From: Cyanobacteria bacterium P01_A01_bin.123
Lineage (GTDB): Bacteria > Cyanobacteriota > Cyanobacteriia > Phormidesmidales > Phormidesmidaceae
NCBI GenBank assembly: GCA_039815185.1
Contig: JBCBZT010000018.1
Span: 1-64,000, forward strand
DNA length: 64,000 bases
Reading direction: 5' to 3'
Part shown: positions 49,582-58,784 of the stretch, in pieces
Numbering within the stretch: position 1 is the first letter of the stretch
How the letters are laid out: every line of letters begins with the position of its first letter
Notes under the pieces: model-generated
The model's database searches: none
What the model saw: only the letters and a program-made list of their open reading frames with translations
What the model was told of the DNA's origin: nothing
Program-made: the position numbers and the translations under genes

Positions 49582-51318
49582 ATGATTGCCCTGACTGATT
49601 CGCGCCAAACTGCTCAAGCATCTAATCGACTAACGCTTCAAACTGCAACCATCGCCCAGAACTCCACAGCTATTCGCTGCCTCGACTGGGACCGTGATCG
49701 CTTCGATATTGAGTTTGAGTTGCAAAATGGCACAACCTACAATTCGTTTCTGATTCGGGGCGATAAAACTGCCCTGGTCGATACGTCCCATCGCAAGTTC
49801 GAGTCTCTCTACTTCGATAGCCTGATGGGCTTGGTTAACCCGGCTGAAATTGACTACCTAATCGTCAACCACACCGAACCAGACCACAGCGGCCTGATTC
49901 AAGCGCTGCTGAAGCTAGCCCCCCAGATTACCGTTGTGGGATCTAAGGTGGCTATTCAGTTTTTAGAAAATCAGGTCCACTGCACCTTCAAAGCCCATCG
50001 AGTCAAAAGTGGCGACCGTCTAGATTTGGGCCAGGGCCACCAGCTCGAATTTATCTCAGCACCTAACCTGCACTGGCCCGATACCATCTTCACCTATGAC
50101 CATGGCACCCAGGTGCTCTATACCTGTGATGTCTTTGGCATGCACTACTGTGATGACGCCCTCTATGACGAGGCACCGCAGCTTCTAGATGCTGATTTTC
50201 AGTATTACTACGATTGCTTAATGGGCCCCAACGCCCGGTCGGTGCTGGGAGCGCTGAAGCGGATGGCTCCTTTTTCTATCGATCTGGTGGCCACGGGCCA
50301 CGGGCCTTTGCTGCGGCACCATAAGGAAGATTGGATTAGCCATTATCGTACCTGGAGCGAAACCCAATCAAAAGCTGCCCCCTTTGTGGCCGTGTTTTAC
50401 ACCGATGGCTATGGCTACAGCGATCGCATTGCCCACACCATTGCGCAAGGCATCAGTAAAACGGGTACGGATGTGGAGCTGATGGATGTGCAGGAAGCCG
50501 ACGCCCATGACGTGCGAGAACTGGTTAGCGAAGCGGCTGGCCTAGTGATTGGCATGCCGCCCCAGGCAGAAGCCGACACCAGTTTGCATCCCATCCTCAG
50601 CACAATTTTGGCAGCCGCCCATGATAAGCAAGCCATCGGCCTGTTTGAAACCGGGGGTGGCCATGACGAACCGATTTATCCCTTGCGGAATCGGTTTCAA
50701 GAATTGGGACTGACAGCAGCCTTTGCGCCCATTGTGATTAAGGCAACGCCATCAGCAGCCACAGACAAACTTTGCGAAGAAGCAGGAACTGACCTGAGTC
50801 AATGGCTGAATCGAGACCGTACTCAGCGGCAAGTTAAATCGCTGAATGCCCATTTAGACCAGGCTTTAGGACGCCTTAGCAGTGGATTGTATCTTCTGAC
50901 TGTGCGCAAGGGGAATGTCACCGGGGCTATGTTGGCTTCCTGGGTGATTCAAGCTAGCTTTCAACCCCTGGGAGTCGCGATCACCGTTGCCAAAGACCGC
51001 GCCATTGAATCGCTTTTGCAAGTGGGCGACAGCTTTGTCCTCAATGTTTTGGAAGAAGGCGACTACCAGCCCTTGATGAAGCATTTTCTGAAGCGATTTC
51101 CCCCTGGTGCCGACCGCTTTGCAGGCATTGCGACCTACGACGCCACCAATGGCTCTCCCATTTTGGCAGACGCACTGGCCTATCTAGAATGCACCGTTAC
51201 CCGTCGGTTGGAAGCTAGCGATCACTGGATTGTCTATTGCACCGCCAAAGCCGGACGGGTTGCCAACTCAGATGGATTAACCGCTGTTCATCATCGCAAA
51301 GTCGGCAGTCATTACTAA
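49582..51318 (+). CDS. flv4: Flavodiiron protein Flv4
   Basis: Canonical HTEPDH, HWPD, CDVFG, TGHG ligands; flavodoxin and flavin reductase domains; first gene of flv-PsiE-flv operon. Confidence 0.85.
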   Translation: MIALTDSRQTAQASNRLTLQTATIAQNSTAIRCLDWDRDRFDIEFELQNGTTYNSFLIRGDKTALVDTSHRKFESLYFDSLMGLVNPAEIDYLIVNHTEPDHSGLIQALLKLAPQITVVGSKVAIQFLENQVHCTFKAHRVKSGDRLDLGQGHQLEFISAPNLHWPDTIFTYDHGTQVLYTCDVFGMHYCDDALYDEAPQLLDADFQYYYDCLMGPNARSVLGALKRMAPFSIDLVATGHGPLLRHHKEDWISHYRTWSETQSKAAPFVAVFYTDGYGYSDRIAHTIAQGISKTGTDVELMDVQEADAHDVRELVSEAAGLVIGMPPQAEADTSLHPILSTILAAAHDKQAIGLFETGGGHDEPIYPLRNRFQELGLTAAFAPIVIKATPSAATDKLCEEAGTDLSQWLNRDRTQRQVKSLNAHLDQALGRLSSGLYLLTVRKGNVTGAMLASWVIQASFQPLGVAITVAKDRAIESLLQVGDSFVLNVLEEGDYQPLMKHFLKRFPPGADRFAGIATYDATNGSPILADALAYLECTVTRRLEASDHWIVYCTAKAGRVANSDGLTAVHHRKVGSHY

Positions 51319-51457
51319 AAACACTGCTCTTTTTGCGCTTGCAGGCCTGTCTGACCCTTCGCATTGCGACAGCCACCCATGATGAGCTTGAGCGCCAGGT
51401 AGGGCATGACTGCTGCAATCCAAAATCGCAAATTCAAAATCCAAAATCAGTATCATC

Positions 51458-51982
51458 ATGCAATCCTCATCTTCATCTCCCTCCCCCCGTTGGGCCACCT
51501 GGCTCAGCAACATTCATATCGTTCGCGTCCTAGAACTGGTTCAAGACTTGATTGTGATTTCTCTTTGCATTGGGCTGTTCAGCTTTATGGTGATGCAGCT
51601 ACGAGAGATGTTCGTGTCGCTGCTGCCGCCTCTGAACTTTCCCCATGTCACTGCGGATATTCTGTTCCTGCTGATTATGGTGGAACTGTTTCGGTTGCTG
51701 ATTATTTACCTGAAAGAGCATCGGGTCTCCATTGGCGTGGCAGTAGAAGTGTCGATCGTTTCGGTGCTACGGGAAATTATTGTGAACGGCGTGCTTGAAA
51801 TCCCTTGGACTCAAGTGTTGGCGACCTGCTCTTTTCTGCTCGTCTTAGGAGCCTTATTGGTCATCCGGGTCTGGATTCCGCCCACCTTTGATGGCGTTGA
51901 CCCAGAGCAGCAAGTTTCTCGCCGTCACCGGATTCGGTTTGCCCACGATTTAGCGGAAATGAGCGGCAAACAAGACCATTGA
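51458..51982 (+). CDS. Sll0218-like PsiE family membrane protein
   Basis: 4 TM, ADILFLLIMVELFRLL, VSVLREII; lies between two flv genes. Confidence 0.85.
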   Translation: MQSSSSSPSPRWATWLSNIHIVRVLELVQDLIVISLCIGLFSFMVMQLREMFVSLLPPLNFPHVTADILFLLIMVELFRLLIIYLKEHRVSIGVAVEVSIVSVLREIIVNGVLEIPWTQVLATCSFLLVLGALLVIRVWIPPTFDGVDPEQQVSRRHRIRFAHDLAEMSGKQDH

Positions 51983-52133
51983 TGGCTTCAGTCCCCATTA
52001 GACAGGGTTCCTACTCCCATAATCAATCCCCCTTAATCCCATGGTTTACTCCACAAATTCTCAACCTATCTCCATGCAAGCAACGCCCCGCCCCAGAGAT
52101 GTCTAGGTCGCCGAGATTGCGCAACAAACTCAA

Positions 52134-53795
52134 GTGTTGCGATCGCGCACCTGGGATCGCCTCAAGTTTGAAGTCGAATATGGACGCCGCTGCGGCACCA
52201 CAGCAAACTCCTATCTGATTCGGGGTGATAAAACAGCCGTCATTGATCCGCCGGGTGAGTCCTTCACCTGGATTTACATAGAAGCCTTACAGCAACAGGT
52301 CGAATTTAGCGATATCGACTACATCATCACCAGCCATGTCAATTCCAACCGCATGGCAACCCTAGAACAGCTCCGAGAATTGGCTCCCCAAGCGATTATT
52401 GTTTGCTCTCGTCCAGCGGCTAATGCCCTCAAGAACGCCTTGCTTGCCTGGGAAGATTCCCTGTATGCTGTCCGCTCGGGTGAAAGTCTGGATCTGGGTC
52501 AGGGTCACCACTTAGAGTTTACGACTGTCCCTACCCCCCGCTGGCCCGATGGGCTTTGCACCTATGATCTGGCGACCCAGATTCTCTATAGCGACAAGCT
52601 GTTTGGGGCACACATTTGTAGCGAAACCCTGTGGGATGAGAACTACCGGAAACTAGAAGCTGATCGACGTTACTATTTTGACTGCCTTCAAGCGCTCCAG
52701 GCTCGCCAGGTAGAAACCGCCCTCGACCAGTTTGAAACGCTGCCGTTACAGTGCCTTGCCCCTGGCCATGGCCCCCTGGTACGCCACAGCCTCAGCCGAT
52801 TGCGCCAGGATTATCGGCAATGGTGCCAACAAGAAACCCAACGGAGTTTGCGAGTAGCTTTGCTCTATACCTCGGCCTATGGCAACACTGCTAAAGTCGC
52901 AGATGCGATCGCCAACGGGCTAACGACTGCCAACGTGGCGGTCGAGTCGATCAACTGTGAGTCAACCCCACCGGAGGACATTGCCCAAATGATCAAAGCC
53001 TGCGATGGATTCATCATTGGATCACCCACCTTGGGAGGGCATGCGCCGGTTCAAATTCAAACGGCGCTAGGCAGTATTTTGGCGAACGTTCCTAAAACTA
53101 AACTGGCTGGGGTCTTTGGTTCCTATGGTTGGAGTGGCGAGGCAATTGGCCTACTCGATCAAAAGCTGCGGGATGCAGGCTACTGCTTTGGCTTTGACCC
53201 CATCCGGGTTCGATTTAGCCCCGACAAAGCCATCCTGTCCCTTTGCAAAACTGCCGGAAATCAATTTGCGCAGCAACTCCGAAAGCGGTCAAAACAGCAG
53301 GTTCCCCGACAGGTTGTAACAGGTGCCCAAGCCAATCGCACTGCCCAGGCTATAGGTCGGGTAATCGGGTCTCTCTGCGTGGTCACCAGTCGCCAGCATG
53401 ATATCCATAGCGGCATTTTGACCACCTGGGTTACCCAAGCCACGTTTACCCCACCGGGGCTAATGCTTGCCTTACCAGCCCATGACCCCGTGTTTAGTGA
53501 CTTGCAGCCAGGCCAGCCTTTTGTACTCAACATTCTCAAAGAAGGTCGCACCATTCGGCGTCACTTTTCTGCCCAGCAGTCCACTCAGACTGCCTTTTCC
53601 CATCTGAATACTCGCCCCGCTGAAAACGGCAGTCTAATTATCACCGATGCCTTGGCTTATCTGGAATGCACGGTTCAAGCAGGTATACCTGCTGGCGATC
53701 ATCAGCTGATCTATGCCCAAGTTTTGACTGGCAGCCTGCTGGGATCGGATGGGGTGACCGCCGTTCAGCATCGTAAGTCTGGCAGTCAGCACTGA
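52134..53795 (+). CDS. flv2: Flavodiiron protein Flv2 (N-terminus interrupted by TAG at 52104; possible pseudogene)
   Basis: RSRTWDRLKFEVEY, non-canonical HVNSNR, PRWPD, SDKLFG; conserved start lies upstream at ATG 52074 or 52041. Confidence 0.8.
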   Translation: MLRSRTWDRLKFEVEYGRRCGTTANSYLIRGDKTAVIDPPGESFTWIYIEALQQQVEFSDIDYIITSHVNSNRMATLEQLRELAPQAIIVCSRPAANALKNALLAWEDSLYAVRSGESLDLGQGHHLEFTTVPTPRWPDGLCTYDLATQILYSDKLFGAHICSETLWDENYRKLEADRRYYFDCLQALQARQVETALDQFETLPLQCLAPGHGPLVRHSLSRLRQDYRQWCQQETQRSLRVALLYTSAYGNTAKVADAIANGLTTANVAVESINCESTPPEDIAQMIKACDGFIIGSPTLGGHAPVQIQTALGSILANVPKTKLAGVFGSYGWSGEAIGLLDQKLRDAGYCFGFDPIRVRFSPDKAILSLCKTAGNQFAQQLRKRSKQQVPRQVVTGAQANRTAQAIGRVIGSLCVVTSRQHDIHSGILTTWVTQATFTPPGLMLALPAHDPVFSDLQPGQPFVLNILKEGRTIRRHFSAQQSTQTAFSHLNTRPAENGSLIITDALAYLECTVQAGIPAGDHQLIYAQVLTGSLLGSDGVTAVQHRKSGSQH

Positions 53796-53870
53796 GTGAG
53801 TGATGTATGCCATAGTTCAAGAAACTGAATCGCTTCTGGAGTTGGTCAAGGGGTGATGCGTAAGTGATCT

Positions 53871-54737
53871 ATGGTTTACATTCAACTAACGCTAACGGCC
53901 ATTATTTGGGGCGGTACCTTTATTGCTGGGCGTGTGGTTGTGGCTGAAATGGGGGCATTTTCGGCTGCTTTTCTGCGTTTTGCAGTCGCTTCGCTCTGTC
54001 TGTTGCTGATGGCGCATCAATTTCAAGATGGGTTGGTCAAACTCAAGCTACGCCAACTGCCATATTTGATTTTGCTGGGTTTGAGCGGCGTATTTGCTTA
54101 CAACATTTTCTTTTTTCTGGGTCTCCAAACCATTACGGCTGGGCGAGCGTCCTTAATTGTGGCGCTCAATCCGATCGCGATCGCCTTGTTTTCAGCGTTG
54201 ATTTTAAGAGAGCGACTCACACTATTGAAATTCGTAGGCATTGCGACGTCTCTGTTAGGGGCAGCCATTGTGATTGGTCAAGGTAATCCGTTGGGTTTAC
54301 TATCGGGTGGCTTACAGCAGGGAGATTTATTTGTGTTGGGGTGTGTTGCCAGTTGGGTGGTTTACACGCTGGTAGGTAAGCAAGTGATGGCATCGCTGTC
54401 ACCCTTTGTGGCAACAACCTATGCTTGTCTAATTGGGGCTGCAGCACTTTTACCCTTAGCCCTCTATAACGGCTTGATTCAAGACTTACGGCAACTGTCA
54501 CCCGTGGCTGGTTTTGGGATTCTGTATCTAGGGTTGTTGGGTTCTGCAGTAGGCTTTAGCTGGTATTACACCGGGGTAAAAGCCATTGGTGCGGCTAAAG
54601 CCGCTATTTTTATCAACTTAGTGCCACTCTCTGCGATTCTGTTAGCGGCTGTGTTATTAAAGGAACCGATTACATCAGCTTTGGCAATCGGGGGTGGATT
54701 GGTGATTGTTGGTGTTTTTTGTACTAACCGGGGTTAG
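53871..54737 (+). CDS. DMT/EamA family transporter
   Basis: IWGGTF, LRFAVA, two EamA repeats, about 10 TM. Confidence 0.92.
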   Translation: MVYIQLTLTAIIWGGTFIAGRVVVAEMGAFSAAFLRFAVASLCLLLMAHQFQDGLVKLKLRQLPYLILLGLSGVFAYNIFFFLGLQTITAGRASLIVALNPIAIALFSALILRERLTLLKFVGIATSLLGAAIVIGQGNPLGLLSGGLQQGDLFVLGCVASWVVYTLVGKQVMASLSPFVATTYACLIGAAALLPLALYNGLIQDLRQLSPVAGFGILYLGLLGSAVGFSWYYTGVKAIGAAKAAIFINLVPLSAILLAAVLLKEPITSALAIGGGLVIVGVFCTNRG

Positions 54738-54810
54738 CTGCCTCTGAGATAATCAGTGAAAGCTAGGTTTGTGTGCAGCTTGTCTATTGTCATCTTGTTT
54801 AGGTGCTGTC

Positions 54811-56235
54811 ATGCTTCATGATCCCGATCAGGCTGATCTGTTTCCTAAGTTGTCTGAAGCAGATCTGCAAAAAATTGCCAACCAGGGCAAAGAGCGCCAG
54901 TTTTCCGATGGCGCAATTCTATTTTCTCAGGGCGATTTGACCTATCCGTTTTATATCGTGTTGACCGGTGAAGTCCGCATTAGTAAACAAGTCGGCGGAG
55001 AAACCCAGCTGCTAACAATTCACGGGCCAGGTGAATTCACCGGAGACATTAGCATGATGGCGGGCAACCCAGCGATGGTTACCGCACAGGCCGTTGGTTC
55101 CATTCGTGTGTTGGAGTTCTCGCCGGAAGGCTTTCGTCGCGTGATTGCCGAGTGTTCACGTTCTGCAGCGGTGATTTTGACGGCGATGGCAGGGCGTTCG
55201 GAAGACGTGGGCGTTCAGCTCCAGCAACAGGAAAAACTGGCTGCATTAGGTAAACTCTCAGCCGGGTTGGCCCATGAGCTGAACAATCCAGCAGCAGCAG
55301 CGGTGCGGGCCTCAAAACAGTTGCGTGAGTCGCTGCACCAGTTGCAGCAGCAAACCCTCGCGCTGTCGCAGCAAACCTTGTCAACCCAACAGCAGCAGGA
55401 ACTCCAACAGGTGCAAGATTTTGCCCTGGCCTGCCGCAGCAATGTCACGTCGCTGACGCCGTTAGAGCAGGGGGAACGCGAAGATGCCTTGGCAGACTGG
55501 CTGGATGATCGCGACATTGCCGACAGTTGGAAACTGGCCCCAGAGTTGGTGACAGGTGGCGTCGACGAAGCCTATCTGAGTCAGCTTGAGGATGCCGTGG
55601 GGCGTAAGCATTTGAGCAGTGCGCTGCATTGGCTGGAAGGTAATCTCACGGTGGCATCGCTGGTGTATCAGGTTGAGCACAGTACACAGCGGATCTCAGA
55701 ACTGGTTAAAGCGCTCAAATCCTACACCTATATGGATCAAGCGCCCCTGCAAGAAATCGATATCCATCAAGGCCTGGAAGATACGCTGACGATTTTGCAT
55801 CACAAGTTGAAGTACGGCATTGCCGTAGAACGAGACTATGATCTAGCGTTGCCCAAGATTTGTGCCTACGGCAGTGAGCTGAACCAAGTCTGGACTAACC
55901 TGCTAGACAATGCCATCGATGCCCTAGGCAGTGGTCAGAATTTAGCCCAAAAGCCTGACGGCCCTCGAATTACCATTCACACCTGCCAGAAAGCGGATTA
56001 CGTCCAGGTGGACATCATTGATAACGGGTCTGGGATTTCTGAAGACGTGCGATCGCAGATTTTTGAGCCATTTTTCACGACGAAGGGCGTCGGTGCTGGC
56101 ACAGGGCTGGGGCTAGACATTGCCCACCGGATTGTGGTCAAGCGACATGGCGGTTCTATTCGGGTGACTTCCCAACCCGGCGACACCTGCTTTCAAGTTT
56201 GCTTGCCCTTCCGTCCTCCTACACAAACCCCCTAG
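54811..56235 (+). CDS. cNMP-binding domain sensor histidine kinase
   Basis: cNMP domain (LFSQGD, GPGEFTG), LAHELNNP, ELNQVWTNLLDNAIDA, DNGSG, FFTTK, GTGLGL. Confidence 0.92.
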   Translation: MLHDPDQADLFPKLSEADLQKIANQGKERQFSDGAILFSQGDLTYPFYIVLTGEVRISKQVGGETQLLTIHGPGEFTGDISMMAGNPAMVTAQAVGSIRVLEFSPEGFRRVIAECSRSAAVILTAMAGRSEDVGVQLQQQEKLAALGKLSAGLAHELNNPAAAAVRASKQLRESLHQLQQQTLALSQQTLSTQQQQELQQVQDFALACRSNVTSLTPLEQGEREDALADWLDDRDIADSWKLAPELVTGGVDEAYLSQLEDAVGRKHLSSALHWLEGNLTVASLVYQVEHSTQRISELVKALKSYTYMDQAPLQEIDIHQGLEDTLTILHHKLKYGIAVERDYDLALPKICAYGSELNQVWTNLLDNAIDALGSGQNLAQKPDGPRITIHTCQKADYVQVDIIDNGSGISEDVRSQIFEPFFTTKGVGAGTGLGLDIAHRIVVKRHGGSIRVTSQPGDTCFQVCLPFRPPTQTP

Positions 56236-56272
56236 TCGGAGGTCACAATTAACCTAGGCGTACGAAGGCGAT

Positions 56273-57087
56273 ATGACGATGGTTAAGTCTCAGTTCATGC
56301 CGATAGTCGGATTTGTGATCACGGGGTTAGCACTGGTGAGTTGTGCCTCCCCAAATTCGGCTCAGTCAGAATCACCCCCCAACCCGACTCCCTCGGCTGC
56401 CGATGCCGCTAGTGCTGATGCATCAGCCCCCACTATCGATTTCTCGTCTGGGATGCTCGGGGTCACGGACAATCGCAACCTATGGGTTCCAGCTTTTCGC
56501 TCGATACCTGTGCCCAAGATATGCTGGCTATTCTCGACGATATGAAAGTTTCGCAGGCAGTGTTTTGTGGTCAATCACTCGGCGGCTATATCGCTCAACA
56601 AATCTATTTTTCTGCCCCTGAGCGTATGCAGGCGATAATCATTATCGGCGCTACCCCCATCGCCAAAGCGTACAGCAAATTTGAAATCTGGGTGCTCAAA
56701 GCCAGCTTGCCTCTCTTCCGATTCTGGCCCTATGGCCATTTCACTCAAGCGGTGGCTAGGAATACGGCTCAGACCCAACTAGTACAGGACTATGCGCTCC
56801 AGGCAATTCGGCAGGTTAACCGAGAGGATTTTCTTTCAATTTGGCGGGCTGTCACCCTAGCTGTTGATGATCAAGGCCAACCCGAACTGACAATTGATGT
56901 GCCGTTGTTATTAGTCCATGGGGATCAGGACGGGGTAGGCAGCATCAAGCGAGACATGCCCATTTGGGCAACCCAGGAGAAGAAGGCAACCTATCACGTT
57001 ATCCCTAACGCTGGGCATAATGCCAACCAAGACAATCCGACGTTTACGAACCAGGTTATTGTCGAGTTTCTAGCACGCGATCGCTGA
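56273..57087 (+). pseudogene. Out-of-frame chimera: lipoprotein leader plus N-truncated alpha/beta hydrolase
   Basis: Frame A MTMVKS..LVSC..AADAASADAS; frame B from ~56425 PHYRFLVWDARGHGQS..GQSLGG..HGDQD..AGHNANQD; no HG oxyanion segment. Confidence 0.7.
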
Positions 57088-57342
57088 TGATTTGAGAGCA
57101 CTGCAAGCACGCGACCTAGCTCGCTGTAGCGCACCAAGCTTGATAGCGACGGCCATCCCAGCGCAGCAAAGACAAAACAGTATAAGTTCTCCTATGTGCG
57201 ACATAGGAACCTTCTGAGGGCTACTGAAGATTGCGCCGGGTAAAACGATAAAGCAGAGCGTGTGCAGCTAGAACTTTGACTTGGCGTATTGAGCAATCTG
57301 ACTAACGCCGTAATACTGTGCTTGAAATCGGGAGAAGGGGCT

Positions 57343-58092
57343 ATGACTAAAGCGATCGCGATCGGTTTACTATCAAGTCTGGTTGCAGTTACGTGCGCGA
57401 CAACCGTTGTCGCGCAAACCGAAAGTTCTACAGAATCATTTGAAACCTTTGGTGACTGGTGTCGTAACCGGATCCGTTTGACCCCAGCAGCCGAGCATAC
57501 CGTCAACGTGCTAATAGAAGAGGCTGGAACCACGGATTGCCAGCAGGCAGAAGAGACACTCACCAATTCGATTGAGCTTGATCTCAGTGGCCGTCAAATA
57601 GCAGATGTATCCCCTTTAGGCAGTTTGACCCATCTGACTCGTTTAGGCTTGCGTGACAACCAAGTTGGGGATGTAACCCCGTTAGCTAGGCTCACCAACT
57701 TGAGAGGGCTGGGGCTGAGTAACAATGTCATTAGAGATGTAGCCCCGCTCACGAATTTGACGAATCTGACATTGCTCAACCTCGCACACAATCAAGTCGA
57801 GGATGTCACACCATTGGCCGAACTCACCAACCTCAATAACCTTTTTCTCGATGACAATGCCATCGCAGATGTAGCCCCATTAGCCGGGCTGACCAACTTG
57901 AGAACGCTTTGGCTTTGGAATAACGACATTGTGGATGCAACCCCATTAGCCAGTTTGACGGGTCTGCAAAGACTGTATTTGGGTGCTAACCCACTTAATG
58001 ATTGCACCTGTCCCATCCAACCCGAAATCAGCTGTCAGAGCGATGACCGTTCAGCTCGGTGTCAGTTCGGTGACCCCATGTACGGTCGCTGA
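57343..58092 (+). CDS. Internalin-like secreted LRR protein (7 repeats)
   Basis: MTKAIAIGL, FETFGDWC cap, 22-aa LRRs, NPLNDCTCPIQPEISC. Confidence 0.88.
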   Translation: MTKAIAIGLLSSLVAVTCATTVVAQTESSTESFETFGDWCRNRIRLTPAAEHTVNVLIEEAGTTDCQQAEETLTNSIELDLSGRQIADVSPLGSLTHLTRLGLRDNQVGDVTPLARLTNLRGLGLSNNVIRDVAPLTNLTNLTLLNLAHNQVEDVTPLAELTNLNNLFLDDNAIADVAPLAGLTNLRTLWLWNNDIVDATPLASLTGLQRLYLGANPLNDCTCPIQPEISCQSDDRSARCQFGDPMYGR

Positions 58093-58146
58093 TTGATTGT
58101 TTGAAGACAAGCACAACACTGCGCTCAAAAATTGGGAGGCGTGGCT

Positions 58147-58641
58147 ATGGCGAAAGCAATTGTTATCGGCTTGCTATCAATATTCGCGATTGGCGCAACT
58201 TGTACACACGTTGCGTTTCAAAGCGAAGCCCCTCTTGCCAGCTTGAGTCGTCTCAACGCCCTTGATCTAAGTCGCACTAGAATCACCGATATGTTGCCGC
58301 TAGCCAATCTGAACAATCTGACTCGCCTGAACTTTTATCAAAATCAAATTGCAAATGTTGCACCATTGTAGAACCTGACGGCGCTGACTAACCTTGACCT
58401 GGGGCGCAAGCAAATCACAGATGTGACTCCTCTAGCGAGCCTGACCAATTTGGCTTGGCTTGACCTCAATAACAATCAAATTACGGATGTATCTGCACTA
58501 GCTGATTTGCCCAATCTGACAACCCTCGTCCTAGTCGATAATCCACTTAATGATCAAACTTGCCCACGGCAACCTGAAACGATCTGTGAGTTTGAGTTTT
58601 ACAACCCCCGTGACGCGCTGCCACCACAGTCATATCCCTAA
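58147..58641 (+). pseudogene. LRR pseudogene (N-cap deleted, in-frame TAG at 58369)
   Basis: MAKAIVIGL signal joined directly to APLASL; ..VAPL*NLTALTNLDL continues in frame to NPLNDQTCPRQPETICEF. Confidence 0.82.
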
Positions 58642-58784
58642 TCGCAACTGACCTGGACAAACACCTACACAAACCACCTGACCGGAGGTCACAATTGACC
58701 TAAATAGGCTTTGGTGACAATTGAGCGCGTGGGTATGACCCATCGCTCAGCCTTAACTCAAACACGGTCAGCTAAGAAGGAGAG

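Noticed and set aside
52104..58371. TAG recoding suggested by two in-frame amber codons (52104, 58369)
   Set aside because: Conserved genes such as glnA and btpA end normally at TAG, no suppressor machinery is visible, and the LRR copy has other damage
45303..58641. Diversity-generating retroelement or integron explanation for the LRR array
   Set aside because: No reverse transcriptase, no template/variable repeat pair with adenine-specific differences, no integrase or attC-type sites in the window
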